Shown here in pieces: positions 9,088 to 17,997 of a DNA stretch of 64,000 nt; position 1 is the first letter of the stretch, and every line of letters starts with the position of its first letter. This DNA comes from Gammaproteobacteria bacterium. GTDB lineage: Bacteria; Pseudomonadota; Gammaproteobacteria; Eutrophobiales; Eutrophobiaceae. The stretch is taken from assembly GCA_965221695.1 (NCBI GenBank), contig OZ244905.1:2848001-2912000 (forward strand), in the 5' to 3' direction. The position numbers and the translations under genes are program-made. The notes below the pieces were generated by a model. That model did no database searches and was not told the DNA's origin. It saw nothing but the letters and a program-made list of their open reading frames with translations.

Positions 9088-9744
9088 ATGAGCAGATTAT
9101 ACGGTGATAACCACCGGGCATTGCAGGAACAGTTTGAAACACGCCGACTGGCCGACGCGATCGAGCATGTTGCGATGGAGACCGAGGTGGTCGGTCCGCA
9201 CAAGGGTTTCATTGAAAGCCGGGATATGTTTTTCCTGAGCACGGTAGACCACAAGGGCAGGCCCACCGTGTCCTATAAAGGCGGCGATCCGGGTTTCGTC
9301 AAGGTGGTTGATGACAACACGGTCGTATTTCCCAGCTATGACGGAAACGGCATGTTCCTGTCCATGGGGAATATCAAGGGCAACAAGCATATCGGCATGT
9401 TGTTCATCAGTTTTGAAGTCCCGCACCGGTTGCGGTTGCAGGGCGAGGCCACGCTGCATGACGATGACCCGGCCATGGACTGGTACAAGGAAGCCGACCT
9501 GATTGTCAGGGTCAACGTATCCGAGATCTTCGTCAACTGCCCGCGCTACGTCCACAAGTACGAGAAGGTCGATCCTTCCAAGTATGTGCCCCGTACCGAA
9601 TGCGCGACACCGCTGGCCGGCTGGAAACACATCGATATGATCCAGGATGTTCTGCCCACCAGGGACCAGGGGCGCGCGCAGAAAGAAGGCGGCATTATCA
9701 CCGAGGATGAGTGGAAGATGAAAGTCGCGCAGGGCGACGGATAG
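9088..9744 (+). CDS. Pyridoxamine 5'-phosphate oxidase-like FMN-binding protein
   Basis: PTVSYKGGDPGFV, YDGNGMFLSMGNI, NCPRYVH. Confidence 0.8.
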   Translation: MSRLYGDNHRALQEQFETRRLADAIEHVAMETEVVGPHKGFIESRDMFFLSTVDHKGRPTVSYKGGDPGFVKVVDDNTVVFPSYDGNGMFLSMGNIKGNKHIGMLFISFEVPHRLRLQGEATLHDDDPAMDWYKEADLIVRVNVSEIFVNCPRYVHKYEKVDPSKYVPRTECATPLAGWKHIDMIQDVLPTRDQGRAQKEGGIITEDEWKMKVAQGDG

Positions 9745-9749
9745 CTGTT

Positions 9750-11135
9750 TTAAAAGCCCTCTGTTGACAGTGTAAGAGCCTGGCGCATCGCCGCGCTTTT
9801 TGACAGCACTTCCTCATGTTCCGTCGCCGGGTCGCTGTCGGCCACGATTCCGGCGCCGGCATGATAGCTATAACCGCCGTTTTCGAAGACGATAGTGCGT
9901 ATCGCGATAGCCTGGTCCATATTGCCGTAATGGTCAAAATACCCCACCGTCCCGCCGTACAGGCCGCGCCGCACCGGTTCGAAACCGTTCAGCAGTTCGA
10001 TCGCGCGGATTTTCGGCGCGCCAACCAGGGTCCCGGCGGGGAAGGATGCCGCAAATAAATCAAACGCATCCTTGTCTGGCCGTGGCGCGCCGCTGACGCC
10101 ACTGACGATGTGCATGACATGGCTGTAACGTTCTATGGACAGGTAAGGTTCAACCCGAACCGAACCGGTCGCCGCGATGCGCCCCAGGTCGTTGCGGGCA
10201 AGGTCCACCAGCATTACATGCTCGGCGGTTTCTTTGGGGTCGTTGAGCAGGTCTTGTTCCAGTTCCCGGTCTTTTTCAGGCGAACTCCCGCGTGCACGGG
10301 TGCCGGCAATAGGCCGCAGCGCGGCCTTGCCGTCCTGTAACTTCACCATGGCTTCGGGCGAGGAACCGGCTATCGTGCGGTCGCCTATCTCGATATAATA
10401 CATGTAAGGTGATGGGTTAATCAGGCGCAGCGCGCGATAAACCGTGAACGGCTCGAGCTCGGATTCACCGTAAAACCGGTTTGCCAGCACAACCTGGAAG
10501 ATATCTCCGTCACGTATTTTGTGCTTGGCATCATAGACCAGTTGCATATAGTCATTCCTGGTCAGACTTGCCTTCGCGATGGAACAGGTGTTGTTCGAGT
10601 TGGACGCAGGGATCGAGCCGCGTAATGCTGTACTGATCTCCTTCTGCAGGGCCAGCCGTTCCGATTCCGGCCCGGCATGAAGCAACGCCACCCGCCGGGT
10701 CAGGTGATCGAACACGAGCAGGGAGCGCGGCGACATGTAACCGGCGCGCGGCTTGAAATCCCTGGCGCTTGTGTTATCGGGAAACTGTTCCAGTTCGTGC
10801 ACCAGGTCAAAATCGGCATAGCCCACCAGGCCGCCCTGGAATGGGATCTCATCCACCTGGGGGAATAATTTCGGCGTAGCTTGTAATGCCTCCCGCAATG
10901 CAGCCAAAACCCCGGCGCGGCCCGAAAGCCGTGATTGCGTCTTGCCGTTAACGGTCAGGGATTGCGGCTCAAGATGCAAGTCCAGCACACTACCCAGCCC
11001 CAGGAAAGAAAAACGCGCAACTTGCTCACCGCGTTCCACGCTTTCCAGCAGGAAGCGCGCATCCAGCGGTTTCAGTTTAAGAAAGGCGGATACCGGCGTA
11101 TCCAGGTCTGCTACTATGTCAAAAGGCGGTTTCAT
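9750..11135 (-). CDS. trpE: Anthranilate synthase component I
   Basis: LLESVE, GDIFQVVL, NPSPYMYY, AEHVMLVDLARNDLG, PAGTLVGAPK; Trp attenuator upstream. Confidence 0.9.
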   Translation of the reverse strand: MKPPFDIVADLDTPVSAFLKLKPLDARFLLESVERGEQVARFSFLGLGSVLDLHLEPQSLTVNGKTQSRLSGRAGVLAALREALQATPKLFPQVDEIPFQGGLVGYADFDLVHELEQFPDNTSARDFKPRAGYMSPRSLLVFDHLTRRVALLHAGPESERLALQKEISTALRGSIPASNSNNTCSIAKASLTRNDYMQLVYDAKHKIRDGDIFQVVLANRFYGESELEPFTVYRALRLINPSPYMYYIEIGDRTIAGSSPEAMVKLQDGKAALRPIAGTRARGSSPEKDRELEQDLLNDPKETAEHVMLVDLARNDLGRIAATGSVRVEPYLSIERYSHVMHIVSGVSGAPRPDKDAFDLFAASFPAGTLVGAPKIRAIELLNGFEPVRRGLYGGTVGYFDHYGNMDQAIAIRTIVFENGGYSYHAGAGIVADSDPATEHEEVLSKSAAMRQALTLSTEGF

Positions 11136-11182
11136 GGGTTCCCCGTGGTTCTTTAATCACCCGTAGCCGGGGACGCGGGCAC

Positions 11183-11215
11183 AAAAAAACCCACCCCTGG
11201 CTCAGAGGTGGGTTT
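11183..11215 (-). terminator. trp attenuator terminator hairpin
   Basis: Minus strand AAACCCACCTCTGAGCCAGGGGTGGGTTTTTTT; its 5' arm can instead pair with GGAGGTGG in the leader (antiterminator). Confidence 0.9.
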
Positions 11216-11236
11216 GAAAACATTAAACAATAGCGA

Positions 11237-11299
11237 TTAAGCCGTAATCCACCTCCGGATGTGCGGCCACCACCATTGTTTGCGGTTAATTTTCATCAT
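11237..11299 (-). CDS. trpL: trp leader peptide MMKINRKQWWWPHIRRWITA
   Basis: 20-codon ORF with three tandem TGG codons immediately before the terminator and trpE. Confidence 0.9.
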   Translation of the reverse strand: MMKINRKQWWWPHIRRWITA

Positions 11300-11441
11300 G
11301 CCCGCATCATAACCGCAGTTCCGAAACAGGTCAAGTTCAAACGAAATCAGCGCACCCTTATCTTAAATCGGATAAAATCGAGACACCCACGTTTCGAATC
11401 AGGATAACCATACACAGCACAGCAAACAGGAGCGCCCCTCC

Positions 11442-12224
11442 ATGCAGGAAACACATAATGATTTACTGAGCCTGAACGGCAAGACCGCCGTGGTAACAGG
11501 CGGCGCCGGCGGCATCGGCGCGGCGATATGCCAGACGCTGGCGCGGGCCGGCGCCCATGTCTTCATTCATTACCACTCCAACGAGGCCGGCGCTGTGGGA
11601 CTGAAAGAGCGGATCAAGCAGTCGGGAGGCGCCGCAACCACCGCCTATGCCGACGTGACCAGCAAGGCGGATGTGGAGAGCCTGTTCGACTCCGTTATCG
11701 CGCAAACCGGCAGGGTAGACCTGTTGATCAACAACGCCGGGGTCTACCCGTTGTCACCCTTTCTTGAGATCAGCGAGGCAGAGTATGAGCAGATGATGGA
11801 CTCTAATGTACGTTCCGTCATGTTGTGCACCCAGGCGTTTGCCGGGCACGTGATAAAGCGAGGAACCGGCGGCGGAGTCGTCAATATCGCGTCGATTGCC
11901 GCCAGCGGCGTGATGGATATGCACAGTCATTATTGCGCGTCCAAGAGCGCGGTCGTGATGTTCAGCCGGGCTTCCGCCAGGGAACTGGGCGCGCATAACA
12001 TCCGTGTCAATACCGTATCCCCCGGCCTCATCTGGCGCGACGGGCTGGATGAGGACTGGCCTGAAGGTGTGGCCCGATACAAACAGGCCGCGGCGCTTAG
12101 CGCGGTGGGCCAGGCGGAAGACGTCGCCAATGCCTGCCTGTTCCTGGTTTCTCCGGCAAGCCAGTGGATAACCGGGATTGACCTGATCGTGGACGGCGGC
12201 GTGATGACAGACAAACTGTTTTAG
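11442..12224 (+). CDS. Short-chain dehydrogenase/reductase
   Basis: TGGAGGIG, NNAG, YCASK, IRVNTVSPG. Confidence 0.9.
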   Translation: MQETHNDLLSLNGKTAVVTGGAGGIGAAICQTLARAGAHVFIHYHSNEAGAVGLKERIKQSGGAATTAYADVTSKADVESLFDSVIAQTGRVDLLINNAGVYPLSPFLEISEAEYEQMMDSNVRSVMLCTQAFAGHVIKRGTGGGVVNIASIAASGVMDMHSHYCASKSAVVMFSRASARELGAHNIRVNTVSPGLIWRDGLDEDWPEGVARYKQAAALSAVGQAEDVANACLFLVSPASQWITGIDLIVDGGVMTDKLF

Positions 12225-12362
12225 TGTTGTATTTCGGAGCCACAGAGAATGCTGAGGTTAAAAGTGTATGAGGCCGGGCTGGCGCCCGCACGCGGGCGAT
12301 ATCAAGGGAGGCACAGTAAACACTGAGTATGGGTTTGCCCCGTAATTTAGCGCAAGTCTGTT

Positions 12363-13022
12363 ATGAAGATTAAAGTAGAAGACATTGCAGCGATTATCGA
12401 TCACACGCTGCTGGCGTCCGACGCGACACCGGATAAGGTAATACGGCTGTGCCGTGAGGCGGATGAACATGGGTTTTATTCCGTTTGCGTGGCGCCGGTG
12501 TACGTCAGACTGGCCCGAGAGAACCTGGCTGAGTCGCCGGTGAAGGTATGCACGGTGGCCGGTTTCCCCAGTGGCATGAGTGAACCGGAAGTGAAGGCGC
12601 TGGAGGCGCAACTGGCAATCCGGCAAGGCGCCGACGAAGTGGACATGGTGATGCATATGGGCGCGGCAAAAGAGGGCAACTGGCAACAGGTGGCTGAAGA
12701 TGTGAAAACCGTGGTCGAGCGCGCCGCGGGATGGCCGATCAAGGTGATCCTGGAGACCTGCTTGTTAACCGACGCGGAAAAGCAACAGGCCTGCGAGGTC
12801 TGCGTTGCCGCAGGCGCCGCTTTTGTCAAGACCTCCACCGGCTTCAGCCATGGCGGCGCCACCGAGGCGGATGTCAGGTTGTTACGCGCCGCAGTAGGAC
12901 CGGACATCGGGGTCAAGGCCAGCGGCGGGATCAGGGATTACGCTACCGCCTGCAGGATGATAGAGGCGGGCGCCACCCGCCTGGGCGCCAGTTCAAGCGT
13001 CAAAATCACGGAGAGACTGTGA
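12363..13022 (+). CDS. deoC: Deoxyribose-phosphate aldolase
   Basis: IDHTLL, GADEVDMV, KVILET, FVKTSTGF, VKASGGIR. Confidence 0.95.
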   Translation: MKIKVEDIAAIIDHTLLASDATPDKVIRLCREADEHGFYSVCVAPVYVRLARENLAESPVKVCTVAGFPSGMSEPEVKALEAQLAIRQGADEVDMVMHMGAAKEGNWQQVAEDVKTVVERAAGWPIKVILETCLLTDAEKQQACEVCVAAGAAFVKTSTGFSHGGATEADVRLLRAAVGPDIGVKASGGIRDYATACRMIEAGATRLGASSSVKITERL

Positions 13023-13125
13023 ATACGCCCATTCCCGTAGCGGGCGCATAATCAGTTCCACGCTACTCAGCGCTGTACAATTTACATCTTCCTGGAGCGA
13101 ACTGCTGGAAGATAATACGAGATAC

Positions 13126-13845
13126 TCAATACTCCCACTCAGCATAAGCAAGCGGCGCGCGCTTGAGCGCTTCTTTATGCAAGCGCCACTGTGGCATGAA
13201 GCTGTCCATCAGTTCCCGAAAGCGCGCATTATGGCGGCGTTCGATCAAGTGCGTGAGTTCGTGAACGAGGACGTATTCAAGACATGAGGTTGGTTTCTTG
13301 ATCAATTCCAGGTTCAACCAGATACGACCGGCCTTGATGTTGCACGAACCCCAGCGGGTTTTCATCTTCTTGATGCGGACCTCGCGCGCACGCACACCGA
13401 TCTCGGTTTCCCACTTCGTCAACAGCGCCGGCAGTCGGGCCTGAAGTTGGCGCCGATACCATCGATCAACCAGCGCCTCCCGCGCCGCTCTATCTGAACC
13501 GTGACGAACCTGTAACGTCATCGTATTGTTATTCGCCAGGCACACACCTGGTCTGCCGGCGCTTTCAAGCACATCCAGCCGATAACGCCGTCCTTCAAAG
13601 TAATGGCTTTCGCCAGTGACAAACTCGCGCTGGGACTGGCGTTCCTGCTCGGCAAGTTCCACTTGCTTTCTGTGAATCCATCCCAAGCGATCAACCACGG
13701 CCAACCTGATGGCATCGTCATCGAAGCGTAACGGCGCCGCCACCCGCACCCGACCGGATGGCGGGTATACCCCTACATACAGGTGTTTGATGTTCTTGCG
13801 GACGACCTCCACAGGTATCCCGCTGATGTCCATGTGCTGGCTCAT
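13126..13845 (-). CDS. YgjP/M48-like zinc metalloprotease (DUF45), a family often found in type I R-M loci
   Basis: MKTRWGSCN, LEYVLVHELTHL (HExxH); original GTG start probably cut off by the repeat insertion. Confidence 0.85.
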   Translation of the reverse strand: MSQHMDISGIPVEVVRKNIKHLYVGVYPPSGRVRVAAPLRFDDDAIRLAVVDRLGWIHRKQVELAEQERQSQREFVTGESHYFEGRRYRLDVLESAGRPGVCLANNNTMTLQVRHGSDRAAREALVDRWYRRQLQARLPALLTKWETEIGVRAREVRIKKMKTRWGSCNIKAGRIWLNLELIKKPTSCLEYVLVHELTHLIERRHNARFRELMDSFMPQWRLHKEALKRAPLAYAEWEY

Positions 13846-13850
13846 TGCTT

Positions 13851-14095
13851 TAGCCCGAAAATCTCACCAATTGATGCGATGATCGCTGAGGATTTTTTGC
13901 GTTAGCGGGTGCTCGCGACCGAAAGCATAGTGGTTCTTCTGGTTGAGGGAGCATGTGCCCGCTAACGCAAAAAAGACCAGCGAGGGCGCATCAAGCGCTG
14001 TGCGTAATGGCAACATACTCGGCAGATTACCATAACTCATTGACAGCAAACATCTATCTGATGCTAACAAGCGAATTGGTGAGATATTCGGGTTA
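13851..14095. mobile_element. 245-bp MITE-like structured element, copy 2
   Basis: Terminal inverted repeats tagcccgaaaatctcaccaatt / aattggtgagatattcgggtta; removing it and keeping one TA restores an in-frame GTG AGT ACT AAA GCA ATG start for the adjacent gene. Confidence 0.85.
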
Positions 14096-14099
14096 GTAC

Positions 14100-14258
14100 T
14101 CACTTTGGGTCTTCACGCTCGCCGGCGGTGGTCATATCCGTGCGCTCCGACTGAGTGTCCGAAAGCGCAGCCCGTCCCTTGTAGGTAAGCTGATACTTCT
14201 GTAGCGGTCGGATCAAGCCCTCCTTGAAGAAAAATTCGCGAATTTCTTCGCGCTTCAT
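14100..14258 (-). pseudogene. Probable internally deleted remnant of an AlbA/ATP-binding-HTH gene (MKREEIREFFFKEGLIRPLQKYQLTYKGR...)
   Basis: 52-codon ORF whose two halves resemble segments I recall lying far apart in AlbA_2-domain proteins; from memory, not searched. Confidence 0.4.
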
Positions 14259-14297
14259 CTGTTGGCTGCTTGCGACTTCTTAAGAGCCATCAGTCTC

Positions 14298-15041
14298 TTA
14301 TGACGGTGGAGAGATCTGCGTCGATGCCGGAGTTTCGCTTATCGCGGTCTCAAGCGCCAGTTCTATCATTTCCGCAAAGCCGGATTGCCGTTCCTCTGCG
14401 CTCAATCTTTTTTCAAGGGTAATATGGTCGCTGACGGTGCAAATGGTCAATGCCCTGGCGCCGAGTTCTGCGGCCAGGCCGTATATGCCGGCAGTCTCCA
14501 TTTCCGCGCCCAGTACGTTGTATTTCTCCATCAGTTCGAAGACTTCAAGCTCAGGCGTGTAGAACAGGTCGGTGGAGAACACATTGCCGACATGAAACGC
14601 AAGTTCTCTTTGTTCGGCAAGGCCTACCGCGGCGCGTAGCATCCGGTAATCTGCGATGGCGGCAAAGTCATGATCTCTGAAGCGGATGCGATTCACCTTT
14701 GAATCGGTGCAGGCGCCCATTGCGATAATGATATCCCGCAGTTGCACCGACTTCATCACGGCGCCGCAACTGCCGACCCGTATCAAGCGCTTTACACCGA
14801 ACTCGTTGATCAGTTCGGCACAGTAAATCGAGCAAGAGGGGATACCGACGCCATGGCCCATCACCGACAGGCGCTGTCCCTTGTAGCTGCCGGTATAGCC
14901 CAGCATGCCCCGGACATCATTCACCAAGCGTGGGTTGTCCAGGTAGTTTTCGGCGATGAATTTTGCCCGGAGCGGGTCGCCCGGCATCAGCACGGTTTCG
15001 GCAAAATCCCCGGGTTCGGCATTAATATGAGGTGTGGCCAT
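14298..15041 (-). CDS. deoD: Purine-nucleoside phosphorylase (hexameric DeoD type)
   Basis: [35 protein letters not shown]. Confidence 0.95.
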   Translation of the reverse strand: MATPHINAEPGDFAETVLMPGDPLRAKFIAENYLDNPRLVNDVRGMLGYTGSYKGQRLSVMGHGVGIPSCSIYCAELINEFGVKRLIRVGSCGAVMKSVQLRDIIIAMGACTDSKVNRIRFRDHDFAAIADYRMLRAAVGLAEQRELAFHVGNVFSTDLFYTPELEVFELMEKYNVLGAEMETAGIYGLAAELGARALTICTVSDHITLEKRLSAEERQSGFAEMIELALETAISETPASTQISPPS

Positions 15042-15080
15042 GTGTTCACCCGTGACGAAATTGAACTGGGTGCATGTTGA

Positions 15081-16307
15081 CTAAACCTGCAGGGAAACGA
15101 ACAGGACTGCCAGCACCGCGCTCATCAGATTGGACAGCGTGCCGGCCAACACCGACATGAAGCCGAGCGCCGCAATGTCCTGGCGCCGTTCCGGGACCAG
15201 GCTGCCCATGCCGCCCAGCAAGATGGCGATGGAGGTGAGGTTGGCGAAACCGCACAGGCCGAACGTGATCAATACCTGGGTCTGCGGGCTTAAGGTATCC
15301 CTGATTTCACTGAAGCTCAGGTAGGCGATGAATTCACTCATGATGAATTTCTGGCCGATTAGGCTGCCGGCCGCGGCGGCCTCGTGCCAGGGCACGCCCA
15401 GCAGCCAGGCCAGCGGCGCCAGCAGTTTGCCGAGAATACCCTGCAGGGTCAGGTCCTCGAGCCCGAACCAGGCGCCGACCCCGCCCAGCAGGCCGTTGAT
15501 CAGAGCGATCATCGCCACGAACGCGATCAGCATCGCACCGACATTGGCCGCAAGTTTAAGTCCGTCCAGGGTACCGTTGCCGATGGCTTCAAAGACATTC
15601 ACCACTTTTGCCGGCCCGCTGAATTGTACATGTTCTATGTCCTGCTCAGCATCTTCGGTCTCGGGCTTGATGATCTTGGCCATCAGCAGGCCGCCGGGCG
15701 CAGCCATGAAACTGGCCGCGATCAGGTAGCCCAGGTTAATACCCATCGCAGCGTAGGCCGCCATGATGGCGCCGGAGATGGCCGCCATGCCGCCGGTCAT
15801 CACCGCGAACAACTCCGATCGGGTCAGGTTCTTCAGGTAGGGCCGGATCACCAGCGGCGATTCGCTGTGACCGATGAAGATGTTGGCGACTGCACACATG
15901 GATTCGGTCTTGCTGGTGCCGAGCAGTTTATGAATGGCGCCGCCCAGTATCGTTACCAGTTTCTGCATGATGCCCAGGTAATACAGCGTGGACATCAGCG
16001 CGGAGAAAAAGATGATCACCGGCAACAGGTGAAAGGCGATGGAAAATCCGCCTTCCTGCTTGGCCAGGTCGCCGAACACGAATTCGCTGCCGACGCGGCC
16101 GTAATCGATAACGTTCTGCACGCCCGCGACCATGGTATTGAGAAATGCCTGGCCCGGCGGGAAATAAAGGATCAGGCAGGCGATCGCGGCCTGGGTCAAG
16201 AATGCGGGGATAACGGTTTTCAACCTGATTGCGCGCCGGTTTTCGGACAGCAGCAAGGCCAGGGAGATTATCACCGCGATCCCAACAAAACTCATCAGAA
16301 ACTGCAT
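15081..16307 (-). CDS. nupC: Concentrative nucleoside transporter (CNT/NupC family)
   Basis: LPVIIFFSAL, ANIFIGHSE, PYL..LTRSELF, TFGLCGFAN. Confidence 0.9.
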   Translation of the reverse strand: MQFLMSFVGIAVIISLALLLSENRRAIRLKTVIPAFLTQAAIACLILYFPPGQAFLNTMVAGVQNVIDYGRVGSEFVFGDLAKQEGGFSIAFHLLPVIIFFSALMSTLYYLGIMQKLVTILGGAIHKLLGTSKTESMCAVANIFIGHSESPLVIRPYLKNLTRSELFAVMTGGMAAISGAIMAAYAAMGINLGYLIAASFMAAPGGLLMAKIIKPETEDAEQDIEHVQFSGPAKVVNVFEAIGNGTLDGLKLAANVGAMLIAFVAMIALINGLLGGVGAWFGLEDLTLQGILGKLLAPLAWLLGVPWHEAAAAGSLIGQKFIMSEFIAYLSFSEIRDTLSPQTQVLITFGLCGFANLTSIAILLGGMGSLVPERRQDIAALGFMSVLAGTLSNLMSAVLAVLFVSLQV

Positions 16308-16368
16308 TTTTATTATTGTCCCCTTTGGTAATTGTTATAAGATACGGGACAATTGGAGGTAAGGCAAA

Positions 16369-17907
16369 ATGAAATCAGCGCAATCCTTAGGTCTCGCAAT
16401 ACTGGTTTGGCTCATTATTGCAGGAAACGGCAACCTATTCGCAGGTGAAATGGACGCCCGACTGTATTTTCAGTCGGTGCGGCGCGACCCGGCTTTGCTG
16501 AGAAATTTCCTGTACGGGTTCCCGAAGGGAGGCGAACTGCACAATCACCTGGACGGCGCCATCTATGCGGAAAACTACATCCGCTGGGCAGCCGAGGACG
16601 GCAAGTGCATAGACCTTCAAACCCACAGGATGACGTTACCGCCCTGTGACGCGGCAGCCGGACGGCCTGCGGTCAGTGAGATCAGCGATAACGCAGACGT
16701 GGTAAACCGGATTATCGACGCGTTCTCAATACGCAACTATGAACGCCGTGAGGTATCCGGCCACAACCAATTTTTTTCAACCTTTGAGCGCTTTGTCCCT
16801 GCGGGCTTCGGCCGCGAAGGGCATATGCTGGCTGAATCCAGCGCCCGGTCCGCGCGCCAGAATGTTATCTACCTGGAGCTGTTGCAGTCATGGGGTATGG
16901 AAAAGGCCCGGCAACTGGGAGCAGACAGCGTGGAATTCGATCCCGGGCGCCCCTTGCAGGAGCTGGCCCGTCACCCGGAGATCGAAAAACTGGCTGCAGA
17001 GACCATTACCAGGCTGGACGCGATTGAGCAGCAGTGGCGCACAGTCCTGGCCTGCGAACAGGAACAAGCGGACCCCGGCTGTGATGTGACCGTCCGCTAC
17101 CTGGCCCAGGTGATCCGCACCTTTCCGCGCTCGCAAGTATTGGCGCAAACGCTACTCGCTTATCATCTCATCGAGAAGGACGCGCGCTACGTCGGACTGA
17201 ATTTCGTGGCGCCGGAAGACGACCCCATCACCCTCAGAGACTACCGCTGGCAGATGGAAATGATCGGCGAACTAGCAGGTTATTTCCCCTCGGCAAAGAA
17301 CGGCATCACGCTGCACGCCGGTGAGCTCGACATCGGGCTGGTCCCCCCCGAACACCTGGGCTGGCACATCCGTGCGGCGCTGGACCTTGCCGGCGCCCGG
17401 CGCATCGGTCACGGCACCGATATCTTCCACGACCCGCAGGCAACGCAACTCATGCAACGAATGGCCGCAGAAGGCATCCTGGTAGAGATCAACCTGACCA
17501 GCAGCGAAGCCATCCTGGGCATAACCGATGAGCGGCATCCGATTCGGGCTTATCTCAAGTATAACGTGCCCGTTGCCCTGTCCACGGACGATGAAGGCGT
17601 CGCCCGCATCGACCTGACCCACGAATACCAGCGAGCGGTGGAAACCTACAAACTCACTTATGACGATCTCAAGTACCTGTCCCGCAACGCGCTGGCCTAC
17701 AGCTTCCTGCCGGGAGAAAGCCTGCTGGAGTCGACCTATACGGGGAAAATCGTTGAGCCGTGCGATTACGGCAACGCCGGGGCCGATGAGAGCATACAGG
17801 AAGACAAGGTGCAGGCCTGCCTTGAATTCATGTTCCGGAACGAAAAAGCCAAGTTACAGGCGGAACTGGAGCGGCGCTTCCGGGTTTTCGAAAGTGGATA
17901 TGATTAA
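16369..17907 (+). CDS. add: Adenosine deaminase family protein with signal peptide
   Basis: ELHNHLDG, LHAGE, RIGHG, STDDEG metal-site motifs; hydrophobic N-terminus. Confidence 0.85.
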   Translation: MKSAQSLGLAILVWLIIAGNGNLFAGEMDARLYFQSVRRDPALLRNFLYGFPKGGELHNHLDGAIYAENYIRWAAEDGKCIDLQTHRMTLPPCDAAAGRPAVSEISDNADVVNRIIDAFSIRNYERREVSGHNQFFSTFERFVPAGFGREGHMLAESSARSARQNVIYLELLQSWGMEKARQLGADSVEFDPGRPLQELARHPEIEKLAAETITRLDAIEQQWRTVLACEQEQADPGCDVTVRYLAQVIRTFPRSQVLAQTLLAYHLIEKDARYVGLNFVAPEDDPITLRDYRWQMEMIGELAGYFPSAKNGITLHAGELDIGLVPPEHLGWHIRAALDLAGARRIGHGTDIFHDPQATQLMQRMAAEGILVEINLTSSEAILGITDERHPIRAYLKYNVPVALSTDDEGVARIDLTHEYQRAVETYKLTYDDLKYLSRNALAYSFLPGESLLESTYTGKIVEPCDYGNAGADESIQEDKVQACLEFMFRNEKAKLQAELERRFRVFESGYD

Positions 17908-17997
17908 GGAAACTCTGATTAACTCTTAGAGCTTCCCTCATGATCAGCGCGCGGCCCGCCCCGATTGCATGTAACTGTAGGTACAGGATATAGGATT

